A DNA stretch of 64,000 nucleotides from positions 41,705-105,704 of the forward strand of contig CAZLMG010000003.1 in the NCBI GenBank assembly GCA_964560765.1. Direction: 5' to 3'. The notes beneath the pieces are model-generated. The model saw nothing but the letters and a program-made list of their open reading frames with translations. It made no database searches and was not told the DNA's origin. Of this stretch, positions 1-9,665 are shown one piece after another. Made by a program: the position numbers and the translations under genes. The DNA comes from an uncultured Oligoflexales bacterium. GTDB lineage: Bacteria; Bdellovibrionota_B; Oligoflexia; Oligoflexales; CAZLMG01. The stretch's first letter is position 1. Each line of letters begins with the position of its first letter.

Positions 1-504
1 CCTGACGCTAAGTTTTTGAATGATGTGGCTGTGGGGCGCAATGGAGACGTCTTTGTTTCTGACATGGTGACGAGCAAGATCCACCTGATCCGCAGTGGCA
101 AGGTGGAGACGTTTTTGGGTCCCGACAAGATTTCGCATCCCAATGGCCTTTTCTTACGAAAGAAGCAGTTGATCGTCGCTACCTGGGGCGAGGGCATGAA
201 GGATGACTTCTCCACTTCAACGCTCGGCACTCTGAAATTCATTGACCGCAAGTCGCAAGCAGTAACGGCGCCAACAGTTCCTTTCGGAAATCTTGACGGC
301 CTTGAGGCCCGGTCGCAAAGGCGAGGCTGGGTGGTGAGCGACTGGATGGCGGGCAAGGTCTATGTCTGGGACCGCAAAGGCGGCGCGCCGCAGGTCGTTA
401 TCGAAGGGCTAAGCGGTGCAGCCGATATTGGTTATATGCCAAAGCAAGACATCGTTCTCGTTCCGGAGATGAATGCTTCGAAGCTGCACGCCTATCAGTT
501 GTGA
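1..504 (+). CDS. SMP-30/gluconolactonase/LRE-like beta-propeller protein, C-terminal part (5' end outside window)
   Basis: Frame 1 is open from base 1 (PDAKFLNDVAVG...), so the Met at 16 in the ORF track is probably internal. Blade-like motifs (NDVAVGRNGDVFVSD, ISHPNGLF, VVSDWMAGKVYVWD) resemble SMP-30/LRE propellers. By-eye call only. Confidence 0.5.
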   Translation, partial: PDAKFLNDVAVGRNGDVFVSDMVTSKIHLIRSGKVETFLGPDKISHPNGLFLRKKQLIVATWGEGMKDDFSTSTLGTLKFIDRKSQAVTAPTVPFGNLDGLEARSQRRGWVVSDWMAGKVYVWDRKGGAPQVVIEGLSGAADIGYMPKQDIVLVPEMNASKLHAYQL

Positions 505-921
505 GGAAATGTGTGCGTCGCGGGACTACCTGCCTCGTGTTCCCGCGATGCCCGCCGTTCCCAGAACCATGCCCATCTGCTCTCCGCAAATTCAAATTAT
601 CAATTCGGCAGGTTACGCCAAAACTATGGGTAACTCTTTGCTCTTTTTCAGCAGTAACGGTTGATCCAATTTCGTAACCACTGGGAAAGCGAGACGTTAT
701 TTCGCATCTGCGGCTGAGACTGAATTTCAACCTCGAAACTAGACAGTTTCATGACGACGCTCGCAGCGAGCTATGACCCTAAATTCCCTAAGAAAGACGA
801 CGACGGTGAGCTGATCACGCTTTTTGCTCATCGGTAGGGCGCGATTGGACACGTGGATTCGAGCGATCTGAGGGACCTGTTGTCTGCTCTGAGTTGATTC
901 GACCCAATTATGGAGATTGGT

Positions 922-2190
922 ATGCTTCACAGGATATGGATAGCCGCTGGACTCTTTAGCACTCTTGCCGCCTGTAAAACGACCTCTGAAGGTACGCGCT
1001 CGGAAGTTGAATCCTTGGATATGTTTATCGATGGAGCCAAGGCTGAGGCTTGCGTTGGCGAGCCCACGGCTGAATTCGACGAACGTTATGACCTGATATG
1101 GGAAAAGAAAGGCATCATTGCCGATGAGGGCTACAAAAAGCCCCTGCGGCCCATCATGGCTGCCATCCCGACTGGATTTATGCAATGGTACTTCCTAAAT
1201 GGCGGTACAATGCAGATCATTGGTAAACCTGCATCTTATTGCCCGGAAGGTCGAAGCGACTCGGTGAATTTGTATAGCGCCGTGGGCTCGGTGACCGGTT
1301 GCGTACGCTTTCCCAATAATGGCCAGCAATCCAGCATGCCAAAAATGTACATTGGTGTAGAAGGAAATACGATTGCGTCACAAGCCATCGAGTTATCGGC
1401 AGCTGTTCAGGCTTTTGGCGTTGTCTTTGGCTCGTTTCTATCGGAGCTGGGTACAGTGGACACCTCCAATGCTTCCGACACCATTACCTACGACTTTGGC
1501 AAGAACGACGATGAAATGAAGAACGATAAAGTAAGCCTAGCCTTCCTTCTATTGGACGACCTAGTAATTAGCTCCGAGTCTGCCGCTAAGCTACCCGAAA
1601 ACTATCGCCATCTCGTTCGCTCGTCTGTAGCTCTAGACAAGAGTCAGTCCCGAGATGCGCGCTGGGCAGCCGTATGGAAGCTTCACAAGTCGGGTGATGA
1701 AAATTTCAAGAAATTTCAAAATGCAGTGTTAGCCCATACTTTTGAATCTGCGCTGTGCCGCAGCAGTGCGGCACTCACGGCCAAAGACTCTCCTGTTCGC
1801 CAAACGGCCAAGTATTATCTCGACAATATGCATGGCGATATCGTGGAATCATTCCAAGTCGAACCGCTGAACGCCTCGACGTCTTCGCCCGCAACCGTAA
1901 CCAACAGCTCGGCCTCTGATTCTAGCGTAACCGCTGCGGCGACGACCACGTCACTAAGCCTAACGCGCTACTATCGGTTTCCATTGCTACGAGGCATTAT
2001 TCGCGCTCCTTTTGCGATCGCAGCCTATTTTATCGAGAACCGTCCCGTGCGCACCTTCTTTGCCACCCATAAGCCCGTACGTCGCGCCGCCGTCGCCGTC
2101 TTCCGTGGCGGTGCACGCATTGTCGGTGGTGTAGGCCGCGTCGTGTTCCCCGGCGATCGCTGCTGGCGCCTCCGTCGCCGCTTGTGCTAA
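922..2190 (+). CDS. Lipoprotein of unknown function with Ser/Thr spacer and Arg-rich C-terminal tail
   Basis: ORF 910..2190. The ATG at 922 has GGAG 6 nt upstream. MLHRIWIAAGLFSTLAAC is a signal peptide plus lipobox. No family recognised. Confidence 0.6.
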   Translation: MLHRIWIAAGLFSTLAACKTTSEGTRSEVESLDMFIDGAKAEACVGEPTAEFDERYDLIWEKKGIIADEGYKKPLRPIMAAIPTGFMQWYFLNGGTMQIIGKPASYCPEGRSDSVNLYSAVGSVTGCVRFPNNGQQSSMPKMYIGVEGNTIASQAIELSAAVQAFGVVFGSFLSELGTVDTSNASDTITYDFGKNDDEMKNDKVSLAFLLLDDLVISSESAAKLPENYRHLVRSSVALDKSQSRDARWAAVWKLHKSGDENFKKFQNAVLAHTFESALCRSSAALTAKDSPVRQTAKYYLDNMHGDIVESFQVEPLNASTSSPATVTNSSASDSSVTAAATTTSLSLTRYYRFPLLRGIIRAPFAIAAYFIENRPVRTFFATHKPVRRAAVAVFRGGARIVGGVGRVVFPGDRCWRLRRRLC

Positions 2191-2227
2191 TTGGCAGTTC
2201 GTGACTCGAGTATAATATAAATACAAC

Positions 2228-2261
2228 AGGGGCCTTCCATCATCCATGATCGAAGGCCCCT
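2228..2261. terminator. Bidirectional hairpin terminator between convergent genes
   Basis: Perfect 10-bp inverted repeat AGGGGCCTTC (2228-2237) / GAAGGCCCCT (2252-2261) with a 14-nt loop. It lies between gene ends at 2190 (+) and 2304 (-). It is followed by GCGCTTTTCC on the plus strand and by GTTGTATTTATATTAT on the minus strand. Confidence 0.6.
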
Positions 2262-2303
2262 GCGCTTTTCCACGATTCTCTTCACGGCGTCAGAGCGCTG
2301 CAC

Positions 2304-3662
2304 CTATTGCTGCTTAAAACCAAGGGTCAATGAGGTGAATGCTGGAAATCCGGTCGCTCCGAACCAATCCTCAGTCAATTCATAGGCGGCGTTTTCAGGA
2401 TGCATCACGAAAGCGGTATGCGCATCAGTACTTACCTGGATCCCTTCACCCGTGCAGGTCGAGGACTCAGTGCTGGCGGCAACGCCGTTGCAAGCTGCCG
2501 TCGTGGCTTCGTTAACCGCCGTCCAGCTCGCCGCCAAGTTAGGATCGCTGCATTCACCATCGCCAGGACAGGTTAGATCATAGGAGTAAGTCACGGCACC
2601 CGCATCGCCAGAACCGCCATCAATCGTCCAGAAGTGCCCTCGCGCCACATCGTCAAAGAACTCGTTTGCTGCCTCTTTGCTAATGTCTGAATGAGCACCA
2701 AAAAAATTCGAAACTTCCGAAAACAAATAGTCCTCGGTGATGGTCCCCTTAGCGTAGCCGACACCAGCTCGGTTCCAACCGATCGAATTTCGCCTGTTTT
2801 CTTCTACGTCAGAGTAGGAAACCCGCATGCGCTGAAACTTACCCTCATAAAAGACTTCACCCGTCTCGCGATTGATACCAACGCGAACGGCGTCGGTTGG
2901 GGTCGGTCGCCCGCTGGCCGTCAAAATGGCTACACCGAAACGCTGGCCGCTATCGCGCAGCAAAAGTTTGATCGTTTCATCAAGACCACTGTCGTTAGAC
3001 GCATGAATCAGAATGCTGCCATCCCAGTTCTCGCCTCCGAACGCCGCTGGGGCCTTTGAGGTGACCTTGACATTGACATCCGTACCTTCGGGCAACATTT
3101 CGTCAAGCTGCTGGTCGCTCAAGCCGAGCTCATTCTTCCAGCAAGCCCGCACCTTCGTCGCATCAAATGGTACCGACTGCTCTTGACCGCTGAAGTCCAG
3201 GTACTCCTCGCTGACAAAGCAAGCATATAGCTTGGTACCGGTGATCGTGCCAACGAATGTCGAGTTATTACCGGTGTCAGAACTGAGCATGCAGAAGAAA
3301 TGCTGAAGGGCAGCACGAGGGTGGGTGCGATTCAGCATGAATACATCGCCTTCGTAGGGAGATTTGTGCTCATCGCCATCGCCAGTCTGCCAGCGAGGAT
3401 AGCCCGTATCACCCACACAATAGTCCTCCGCATGCCACCCTTCGTGCGTCGTCAGGGTGGCAGTGGTTGTGCCAACATGCTCACCGGCACTGGTGACCGC
3501 CAGAGCCGCGATACTTAGCGCACCAATGGGGTTCTTCATGTGCTCCGTGATCACCGGCTCTTGTTCCTCTGATTCCTCCTCCTTCTTCTCACCACAACTG
3601 GTCAGAGTTACAGCCAAGAGTAGCCATAAGACACTTGTCCACGCATGACGCTGAAATAACAT
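2304..3662 (-). CDS. Lipoprotein of unknown function
   Basis: AGGAGGG lies 4 nt upstream of the ATG at 3662. The N-terminus WLLLAVTLTSC is a signal peptide plus lipobox, followed by an acidic linker (EKKEEESEEQE). No family recognised. Confidence 0.6.
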   Translation of the reverse strand: MLFQRHAWTSVLWLLLAVTLTSCGEKKEEESEEQEPVITEHMKNPIGALSIAALAVTSAGEHVGTTTATLTTHEGWHAEDYCVGDTGYPRWQTGDGDEHKSPYEGDVFMLNRTHPRAALQHFFCMLSSDTGNNSTFVGTITGTKLYACFVSEEYLDFSGQEQSVPFDATKVRACWKNELGLSDQQLDEMLPEGTDVNVKVTSKAPAAFGGENWDGSILIHASNDSGLDETIKLLLRDSGQRFGVAILTASGRPTPTDAVRVGINRETGEVFYEGKFQRMRVSYSDVEENRRNSIGWNRAGVGYAKGTITEDYLFSEVSNFFGAHSDISKEAANEFFDDVARGHFWTIDGGSGDAGAVTYSYDLTCPGDGECSDPNLAASWTAVNEATTAACNGVAASTESSTCTGEGIQVSTDAHTAFVMHPENAAYELTEDWFGATGFPAFTSLTLGFKQQ

Positions 3663-3909
3663 GACACCCTCCTGACGATACGAATACTTCCGGACGAATA
3701 GAGGCTCGATTCAATACTATAACTGAAGAAGAGCATGGATTTGGCGGGTCCCAGCGAATCCAACATGTAACTGACCGTCATTGTGGATTCTTACACACGA
3801 ATTTGTTCGAAACTCAAACTGGCCACTGGCGGACCCGTGGAAAACGAAATGGCCAGGCGCGATTTCCATCGGCCTGGCCCCCCATCTACTGAACTACGAA
3901 TCCGACACA

Positions 3910-4563
3910 TTAGAATCCAATAACGGATTCCAACCTTGTGCGCTCAAGCATGTCATTCAGCTTGGAAACTTTACCGATGGCACAGCTGCGGTAACTGGTT
4001 TGCGGGTTGCGGGTACAAAGCACCGCATTTTCCCAATTATCGTCGGCGAAAAAGGTCGAAACTTTGCCACCTTCATCGATGACTTGCTGCATCTCGGGCG
4101 CCTCATGAAATTCCAACTGAATATCTAACTCCTTAGCGAGGGCCTTATTGAAGCCAACATCGACCCGTGCCGTATGTACGAAGTAAGACATGCCTTGATA
4201 GACCCACGGGCAGGTAGTTTCGGTACAAGGGGCTGGCAACGAATCTGAGTCATAGAAACTGCAAGCCACGAGCGCAGCCTCTTTGGCGCACGTCACTGTA
4301 AAGCCATCCCTTGACTTCAAGGTGTATAGTTCTGAGCGATTTGCACGATCGTACTCATATTGAACATTTTCGACACCCTCCCGATGTAGCCGATCGAGGG
4401 CATACCAGATGATCATGCCAGAGATTTGCACATTCGCCTTAGATCGGTACCAGCCACTGTGCGAGTCCAGTCCCGAGCTTGCCTCTTCTGATTTGCTGCA
4501 GCCGACGTTGATTAAAAGTGATGAGATGCCGATGAAGGCGATGACTAGATTCGATGCTTTCAT
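3910..4563 (-). CDS. Small Cys-rich lipoprotein of unknown function
   Basis: GAGGAAG lies upstream of the ATG at 4563. MKASNLVIAFIGISSLLINVGC is a lipoprotein signal. No family recognised. Confidence 0.6.
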   Translation of the reverse strand: MKASNLVIAFIGISSLLINVGCSKSEEASSGLDSHSGWYRSKANVQISGMIIWYALDRLHREGVENVQYEYDRANRSELYTLKSRDGFTVTCAKEAALVACSFYDSDSLPAPCTETTCPWVYQGMSYFVHTARVDVGFNKALAKELDIQLEFHEAPEMQQVIDEGGKVSTFFADDNWENAVLCTRNPQTSYRSCAIGKVSKLNDMLERTRLESVIGF

Positions 4564-4818
4564 TTTACTCTTCCTCTACATTCAGTTTATTCATGGCAAA
4601 GCACTTTGTTTCACGCCGCTAACTAAAGCAAAAGACCAGCCAAATCAATCGTTTACACGACTGTAAACGCCCGCCATAGGAGTTTGCGGTGATTATCTGC
4701 ATCACACCATGGCAGCAGCGTGCGTTGGTGCTGTCCACTGGCGATAGATCCCAGTCGGTTGCTCATGAATTTGTCAGTTGCTGGAGGCTCAAGAGTTGGC
4801 GCAAGAGGGAACGAACGC

Positions 4819-6690
4819 TCAATGCAAAACACCGGAAGTGACGCGGAGCCAAACGAAGTATGGACCAGCGAAGTCAATGACGAAAGGCACGGGCTTGCTG
4901 CGGTCAAAAATGTCGCTCTGCAGACCAATTCGTATGTCCATACCTATGTGCCGCTTGAAGGCAAAGGAACAGTGCCAGGCTTCTAGGGAGCCACTATCTT
5001 GAATGTCGAGTACGGGATTCAACAGGCAGGACTGGGTGGCGTCTTCATGGCGAATCGTCAGAATAGCGATGTCTTGTTGCCGCCAGATACAAATGGTTTG
5101 ATCATGTAAAAATCGACCACATCGCATTTGATCTTCTGGAATCACGACGGCGCTCGCCAGTCTTGGGTGAATCAACCATGATTCGCTTGCGTGGTCCTGA
5201 GCCAACTGTCGATCAGTTACATGCACTTCCTCGCGTTGTTGCGGCGATAGAATCCAAGTGCTCAGATCAAATTGAACCTGATCACCATCTCGGCAAGGAG
5301 ATATGCGCTTAGCCAATTCGTCACCAAAGTCCGCCCCTGGCTCAAGCCATGAGAGGGAGAAAAACCTGGAAGAATAATTGAATGTTCGCGAGCGAAACAG
5401 AGTTTGAGACTGGCTCTGACAGTTAGCCACAATCTGTACTGGCGGAGTGCCTGGAAGATTACCGTTGAATTTGGCCTTAATTAAAAAATTGCGATTCACC
5501 CAGCGATTAACGACGCGCGACTCGTGAAAGTATTTTCTAGCGCCGAGTCGCGCCGGCTTCTTAAATATTTCCAGTTGATTCTCCGATTGGGAGACTTGGA
5601 AGGCAGGTGGAGACAGGCCATTTACCAAATCAGTCGGCGCTGCATGCTGATTGGAGTTTGCAAGCGAGATGACCTGGCGGTCCGCACCCAAGGGAAAAGA
5701 CATGGAACTGCTGCGATTGGCGGGAATCGAAACAGAGTCGAGCCCAAGTTCACGGCTGATGCTGGCCTCGCTGAAAATGCCATTGAGAAATATTCCCTCC
5801 ATAACACATGTGGATTGACACAAAGATAGCTCGCGCCAGCGATCGATCGCAAATGCACCGGCAAATAGTTGCTGACGAAATCGTTTGCTGGGCACGACAT
5901 GGCGCGTCAGCATCGCCGTTTCAAAAAATCGACGAACCTCTTCTGGGTCCATGATGGTTCCTGGCACATGCGGCACGCCAAACACGTGACCAAACTCATG
6001 CGTCAGCTGCATCTGTGCCTCTAAGTGGTCTTGGTAGCTGAGCCTCTCAGAGTGATCAGCAAGGACTATGGCGCCGCGAGCCCGGCCCGAAACAGTGGCA
6101 CCAGACTGCAGGTATACGGATCCGGCAGCGGTAGCTGGCTCTTGGCCGATTTGCTTGTGGGCGAAGAGGGGTTTTGTGCCGAAATGAACTTCTAGATTGG
6201 CATCGCCGCAATCCTGAACAAAGAGCATCGTATCGGGAAAGAGCGACTGCAGTCGTTCCACATCAGCATCAATCGGGAATCGGGGAATCTTCGTCAAATC
6301 AATGAGGCCAGAGAATTGGTACTTAAACGCACTCCGCCACCGATGCGGCTTGAACTCTAGGTCCAGAAATTCAGTATTCAGCGTCTCTGATCTCAATATT
6401 TGCGGCTGAATATCTTTGGCCGCCAAATAGTAGATCCAGTTGAAGTAGGACCGCCACGTTGTGTACTCGAGGATCTCCCGAGCCTCCGTTGGATTGTCGC
6501 CAAGTGTTGATTGTACAGTTTCCGATGCGAGCAAGCATACTTTTAGAGGAGTGTTCGCATCGAGGAACCACGCTTCATGCCCATCGCTCATGTTTTGAAC
6601 GTCCGACACCGTATGGCGGTGCTTGCAGGATGCAAGGCAGACCATGGTCAACAGGCAAAGCGCCAGGAATCGTAAGAGGAGGCTCATCAT
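4819..6690 (-). CDS. Metzincin-type zinc metalloprotease lipoprotein
   Basis: Signal peptide plus lipobox (LLTMVCLASC). A complete HExxHxxGxxH signature, HEFGHVFGVPH, is encoded at 5968..6000. The start codon overlaps the stop of the upstream gene (ATGA at 6687..6690). Confidence 0.7.
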   Translation of the reverse strand: MMSLLLRFLALCLLTMVCLASCKHRHTVSDVQNMSDGHEAWFLDANTPLKVCLLASETVQSTLGDNPTEAREILEYTTWRSYFNWIYYLAAKDIQPQILRSETLNTEFLDLEFKPHRWRSAFKYQFSGLIDLTKIPRFPIDADVERLQSLFPDTMLFVQDCGDANLEVHFGTKPLFAHKQIGQEPATAAGSVYLQSGATVSGRARGAIVLADHSERLSYQDHLEAQMQLTHEFGHVFGVPHVPGTIMDPEEVRRFFETAMLTRHVVPSKRFRQQLFAGAFAIDRWRELSLCQSTCVMEGIFLNGIFSEASISRELGLDSVSIPANRSSSMSFPLGADRQVISLANSNQHAAPTDLVNGLSPPAFQVSQSENQLEIFKKPARLGARKYFHESRVVNRWVNRNFLIKAKFNGNLPGTPPVQIVANCQSQSQTLFRSRTFNYSSRFFSLSWLEPGADFGDELAKRISPCRDGDQVQFDLSTWILSPQQREEVHVTDRQLAQDHASESWLIHPRLASAVVIPEDQMRCGRFLHDQTICIWRQQDIAILTIRHEDATQSCLLNPVLDIQDSGSLEAWHCSFAFKRHIGMDIRIGLQSDIFDRSKPVPFVIDFAGPYFVWLRVTSGVLH

Positions 6691-7619
6691 CCGACCTTGC
6701 CAGGTTTCGAAGATGTCGCGGCCTCCGATGCGGCAAGATTCCGTCGTTCTTCATCTGAAGAAAGTGGTCCGGTCAGTCGAAAAAATTGAATCGCAAAATG
6801 ATAAGTTTCATCCCCGCCGCTGACTTGCGTCATGGCGATGAACTTCTCTCGGAATTCTGCGATCAGCGCTTGCGCCTGCTTGAGTTGGGAGGCGCTGATG
6901 GTAAGGGTTGCTCCCGTAAAGAAACGCTCGTCTGGATCCTGGATATGGATCGCCTGCTGTCCCAATTTCATCATCTGGCTGTGCCATCCGCGCACCGCCT
7001 TGATGGAGACATTATCACGTGTCCGGTGACTCGCTGTGTTTCTCTGCCACCCGCCGTTGCCATCGTCGATGAGAAATTCTTCCTCCTTCAGGATTTCGAT
7101 GGCTTCTTCAATTTCATTACTGGTGATGCGAGAGCCCAGCCGTTTGCTGATCCACTCTGCGTTGCATTGAAAATCAGCCAGGTTTGTCATTTCCAGAATG
7201 GCCATGGTGTACCACTTGGAAAAGACAGATTTCGCTTGGGCGCTGATAGTCGTCATATCCGCTGGCGCAGTAATCGCCTGCATCTTTTCGAAAAGATGGG
7301 ATCTTTCCAGCGATGAATCCGACTTCTCATAGCCCACCATCAATTGGGCGTAAGCATGTTCGGCCGGGCTCCACTTCAACGCCTCGCTCAACCGATCTAG
7401 GATTTCAGGAGTCGGCAGGCGCTTGCCACTTGCAAACCAAGTGAACATGGAAGGCGACTTAACTCCACTCTGTCGGCAAAGGTAGCGCAGGGAAAACGTC
7501 CTTGAATTGGCCTTACTATGAGCGAGGAAAGCAGAAAAATAGGACGCAAATGAGCGGTGATCAAAGATTCTGACCCCGCCATTGGCTGTCATTGATGGCT
7601 GCAGCTCACTCAACGGCAT
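6687..7619 (-). CDS. TIGR02147/DUF4423-like protein (putative HTH-containing)
   Basis: The N-terminal segment FDHRSFASYFSAFLAHSKANSRTFSLRYLCRQSGVKSPSMFTWFASGKRLPTPEILDRLSEALKWSPAEHAYAQLMV matches my recollection of the TIGR02147 family pattern. The start is uncertain (ATG 7619 or 7592). The ORF-track start at 7679 would overlap the upstream gene by 70 nt. Confidence 0.6.
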   Translation of the reverse strand: MPLSELQPSMTANGGVRIFDHRSFASYFSAFLAHSKANSRTFSLRYLCRQSGVKSPSMFTWFASGKRLPTPEILDRLSEALKWSPAEHAYAQLMVGYEKSDSSLERSHLFEKMQAITAPADMTTISAQAKSVFSKWYTMAILEMTNLADFQCNAEWISKRLGSRITSNEIEEAIEILKEEEFLIDDGNGGWQRNTASHRTRDNVSIKAVRGWHSQMMKLGQQAIHIQDPDERFFTGATLTISASQLKQAQALIAEFREKFIAMTQVSGGDETYHFAIQFFRLTGPLSSDEERRNLAASEAATSSKPGKVG

Positions 7620-8815
7620 CGCTCCATGATTGCCTGCAACCGCTCCCGGATAAGTTCGGGTTGCCAAGGTGTCGGGCATTCGGCATCCGTTGCCAGAAAT
7701 AGCAACTCTTCTGCTTGCGGGCAGCGTAAACTTACCGACGCACGCACGTTGCCGGTATTGATTCTGACACTCTCATAAACGACTAGATCCGCGTCGCCAA
7801 CTTTGACGTTGCGAAATTCCTCGATGAGTTTCTGCTCAAAAAATGTGCGTTGTCTTGCATCCATGGCGAACACTTCTCTCTGATTCGACTGAACGGATGG
7901 TGCTGCCCTCCAATTTGAGGACCAAACTGGATCCTCGGAGCCGATGGTAAAGTGATCTTTGCGGACGATCAACGGAACGGGACCAGAGCCGAGAAAGCAG
8001 CCGGAAACATGGCTTCTGCCGTGACTGTCAGTGGTCATGAGTTGATATTCATCATCGATACCACCCTCGACGCGGCGAATGCACTTCTCGTCGCCAGCTC
8101 GATAGCACTCTATGAGTTGCTCAGGGAGCATTTCCATAATCCCGCCGAGCGTTCGGACGTTGCCAAACAGCCCGCCAATCAGGTGCCTCAGCACGGCTCC
8201 CAATTCCTTGGCCGCGCCGTGCTGATTTAGATCGAAGCGGCGCAGGATATCCGCTGGGAAGTCATTTGTCAGAGGCATGGGCGCGATACCCGGCCCCGCA
8301 ATCCAAACCAGCGTATGGGGACCCAGATCTAATCGAGAGGAGAATATTCCGCTGATGGCTGAGTCGCGAGTGCGCGTTGCCAGATGGAATTGAAGCTCTT
8401 GGTCGCCCACTTCCGAGCCAATGTAGAATTGCACGGTTGCGTCCGCGCATGAGTCCACCAAGTGGAAGCCCTTTGGAAATCTGCGACCACCATCTTGTGA
8501 CAAGATGGCATTGACGTCATGTTGAGCTAGATAATTCTGCCAGCTAGCGAATGCTGACTCGATCTGCTGAGCAAAGTTGATCTTGCTCCCGGTCACGTCA
8601 GGTCCGAGGTTTAAACAATATCTGACCTCAGCATCAGACTTAAATGGAGAAAGGCGTAGTTGCCTGGCAGCGGGATCGCCATTGTTGCCGCCCACTGTCT
8701 CCAACGGATCGGAATTGGATCTGGTTGATCGACATCCCTGGCCGAGCATAATGATCGCTAGCGCCAAACAGGCGAAGGCGATTTTGATTTTGCAGCGTAG
8801 CACCGTGAACCTCAT
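7610..8815 (-). CDS. Lipoprotein, degenerate (catalytically dead) paralogue of the metzincin at 4819..6690
   Basis: The internal Met at 8815 gives MRFTVLRCKIKIAFACLALAIIMLGQGC, a signal peptide plus lipobox. Several segments are colinear with the metzincin (VDSCADATVQFYIGSE vs VQDCGDANLEVHFGTK). HLIGGLFGNVRTLGGIMEM aligns with HEFGHVFGVPHVPGTIMDP, but Glu, the second His and the third His are replaced (8153..8185). Confidence 0.55.
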   Translation of the reverse strand: MRFTVLRCKIKIAFACLALAIIMLGQGCRSTRSNSDPLETVGGNNGDPAARQLRLSPFKSDAEVRYCLNLGPDVTGSKINFAQQIESAFASWQNYLAQHDVNAILSQDGGRRFPKGFHLVDSCADATVQFYIGSEVGDQELQFHLATRTRDSAISGIFSSRLDLGPHTLVWIAGPGIAPMPLTNDFPADILRRFDLNQHGAAKELGAVLRHLIGGLFGNVRTLGGIMEMLPEQLIECYRAGDEKCIRRVEGGIDDEYQLMTTDSHGRSHVSGCFLGSGPVPLIVRKDHFTIGSEDPVWSSNWRAAPSVQSNQREVFAMDARQRTFFEQKLIEEFRNVKVGDADLVVYESVRINTGNVRASVSLRCPQAEELLFLATDAECPTPWQPELIRERLQAIMERCR

Positions 8816-9134
8816 CGTCAAACAATCGTATTGCACCCTCGCAGATTGCAAGCGATGAGCCTCCCCGACCGTGTGAGGAATCGGGCGGTTACAAGGATGA
8901 GGGGTGCTACTTCTAGATGATCGAAACTTGCGATCGTCCAAGATGACGTGCTAACGCACGAGAATCAAACCTAAATTGCCAGGATGCGAGTACGTTGCCT
9001 TGCGCTTGGTAATCCGCAAACGTCCACTCGCGCTCCATACCCCTGATCTCGTTGGATAAAAACTTTAGGCAGTTCTTGCACACCTTCTCGCGCTCGACCC
9101 TGCGGCGCCGTTTACGTGCGAACGGGCAGAAAAC

Positions 9135-9608
9135 GTGGCGCTCAAGCCCAAGAATATCGAGCTTGCCGTAGCTGGAGGCGTACCTCTCGCCGCACTTACC
9201 GCGTGGCAGTGCCTACATGACGTGGGCAAAATAAAACGAGGCCAACGGATCCTTGTCCACGGAGGTGGCGGCAGTGTGGGCAAGTACGTCATTCAATTCG
9301 CAAAAGCGGTCGGAGCTCATGTCACAACGACGGTCAGTGATTGGGCGATCACTCTGGTCACAGAGCTACTCTTTTCCCTCATCAGCAGGAAGCAGCGTTC
9401 TCTTGCCAAGAAGCATGGGGGACGTTACCGATTTGTGTTCATGAAAGCCAACGGTGAGCAGCTCACTAAGATTTCACAAATGTTCGATGCCGGATCGCTA
9501 CGTATTGATAACGATCGCATCTTCGACATCCAAGACTTCGATGCCGCATTTAACTATCAAGCTTCGGGAAAGGCTAAAGGTAAGGTGGTTTTTGCGATGA
9601 AATTCTGA
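9135..9608 (+). pseudogene. Remnant of an MDR-family NADPH:quinone oxidoreductase / zinc-type alcohol dehydrogenase
   Basis: Only C-terminal-type sequence remains (ALKPKNIELAVAGGVPLAALTAWQCL, GQRILVHGGGGSVG, GKAKGKVVFAMKF). There is an in-frame TAG at 9066. No N-terminal catalytic domain is readable upstream, and the Rossmann region between HVTTTVS and AKKHGGRY is much shorter than I expect. Confidence 0.55.
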
Positions 9609-9613
9609 TGACT

Positions 9614-9654
9614 GGTCGTCATGCTTGCCATCGGCGGCCCCTGGCATGACGACC
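9614..9654 (+). terminator. Hairpin downstream of the oxidoreductase remnant
   Basis: Perfect 11-bp inverted repeat GGTCGTCATGC (9614-9624) / GCATGACGACC (9644-9654). There is no clear U-run. Confidence 0.4.
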
Positions 9655-9665
9655 CTTGCTAATTA

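Noticed and set aside
751-840. 29-codon ORF (MTTLAASYDPKFPKKDDDGELITLFAHR) in the first intergenic region
   Set aside because: It has no RBS and no distinctive composition or context, so I cannot distinguish it from chance.
398-1185. Minus-strand ORFs 398..730 and 739..1185 in the first intergenic region
   Set aside because: They overlap the ends of better-supported plus-strand genes, lack RBSs and have Arg-rich, atypical composition. I treat 505..921 as non-coding. A weak hairpin (GTCGCGGGA/TCCCGCGAT at 517..549) there is not convincing as a terminator.
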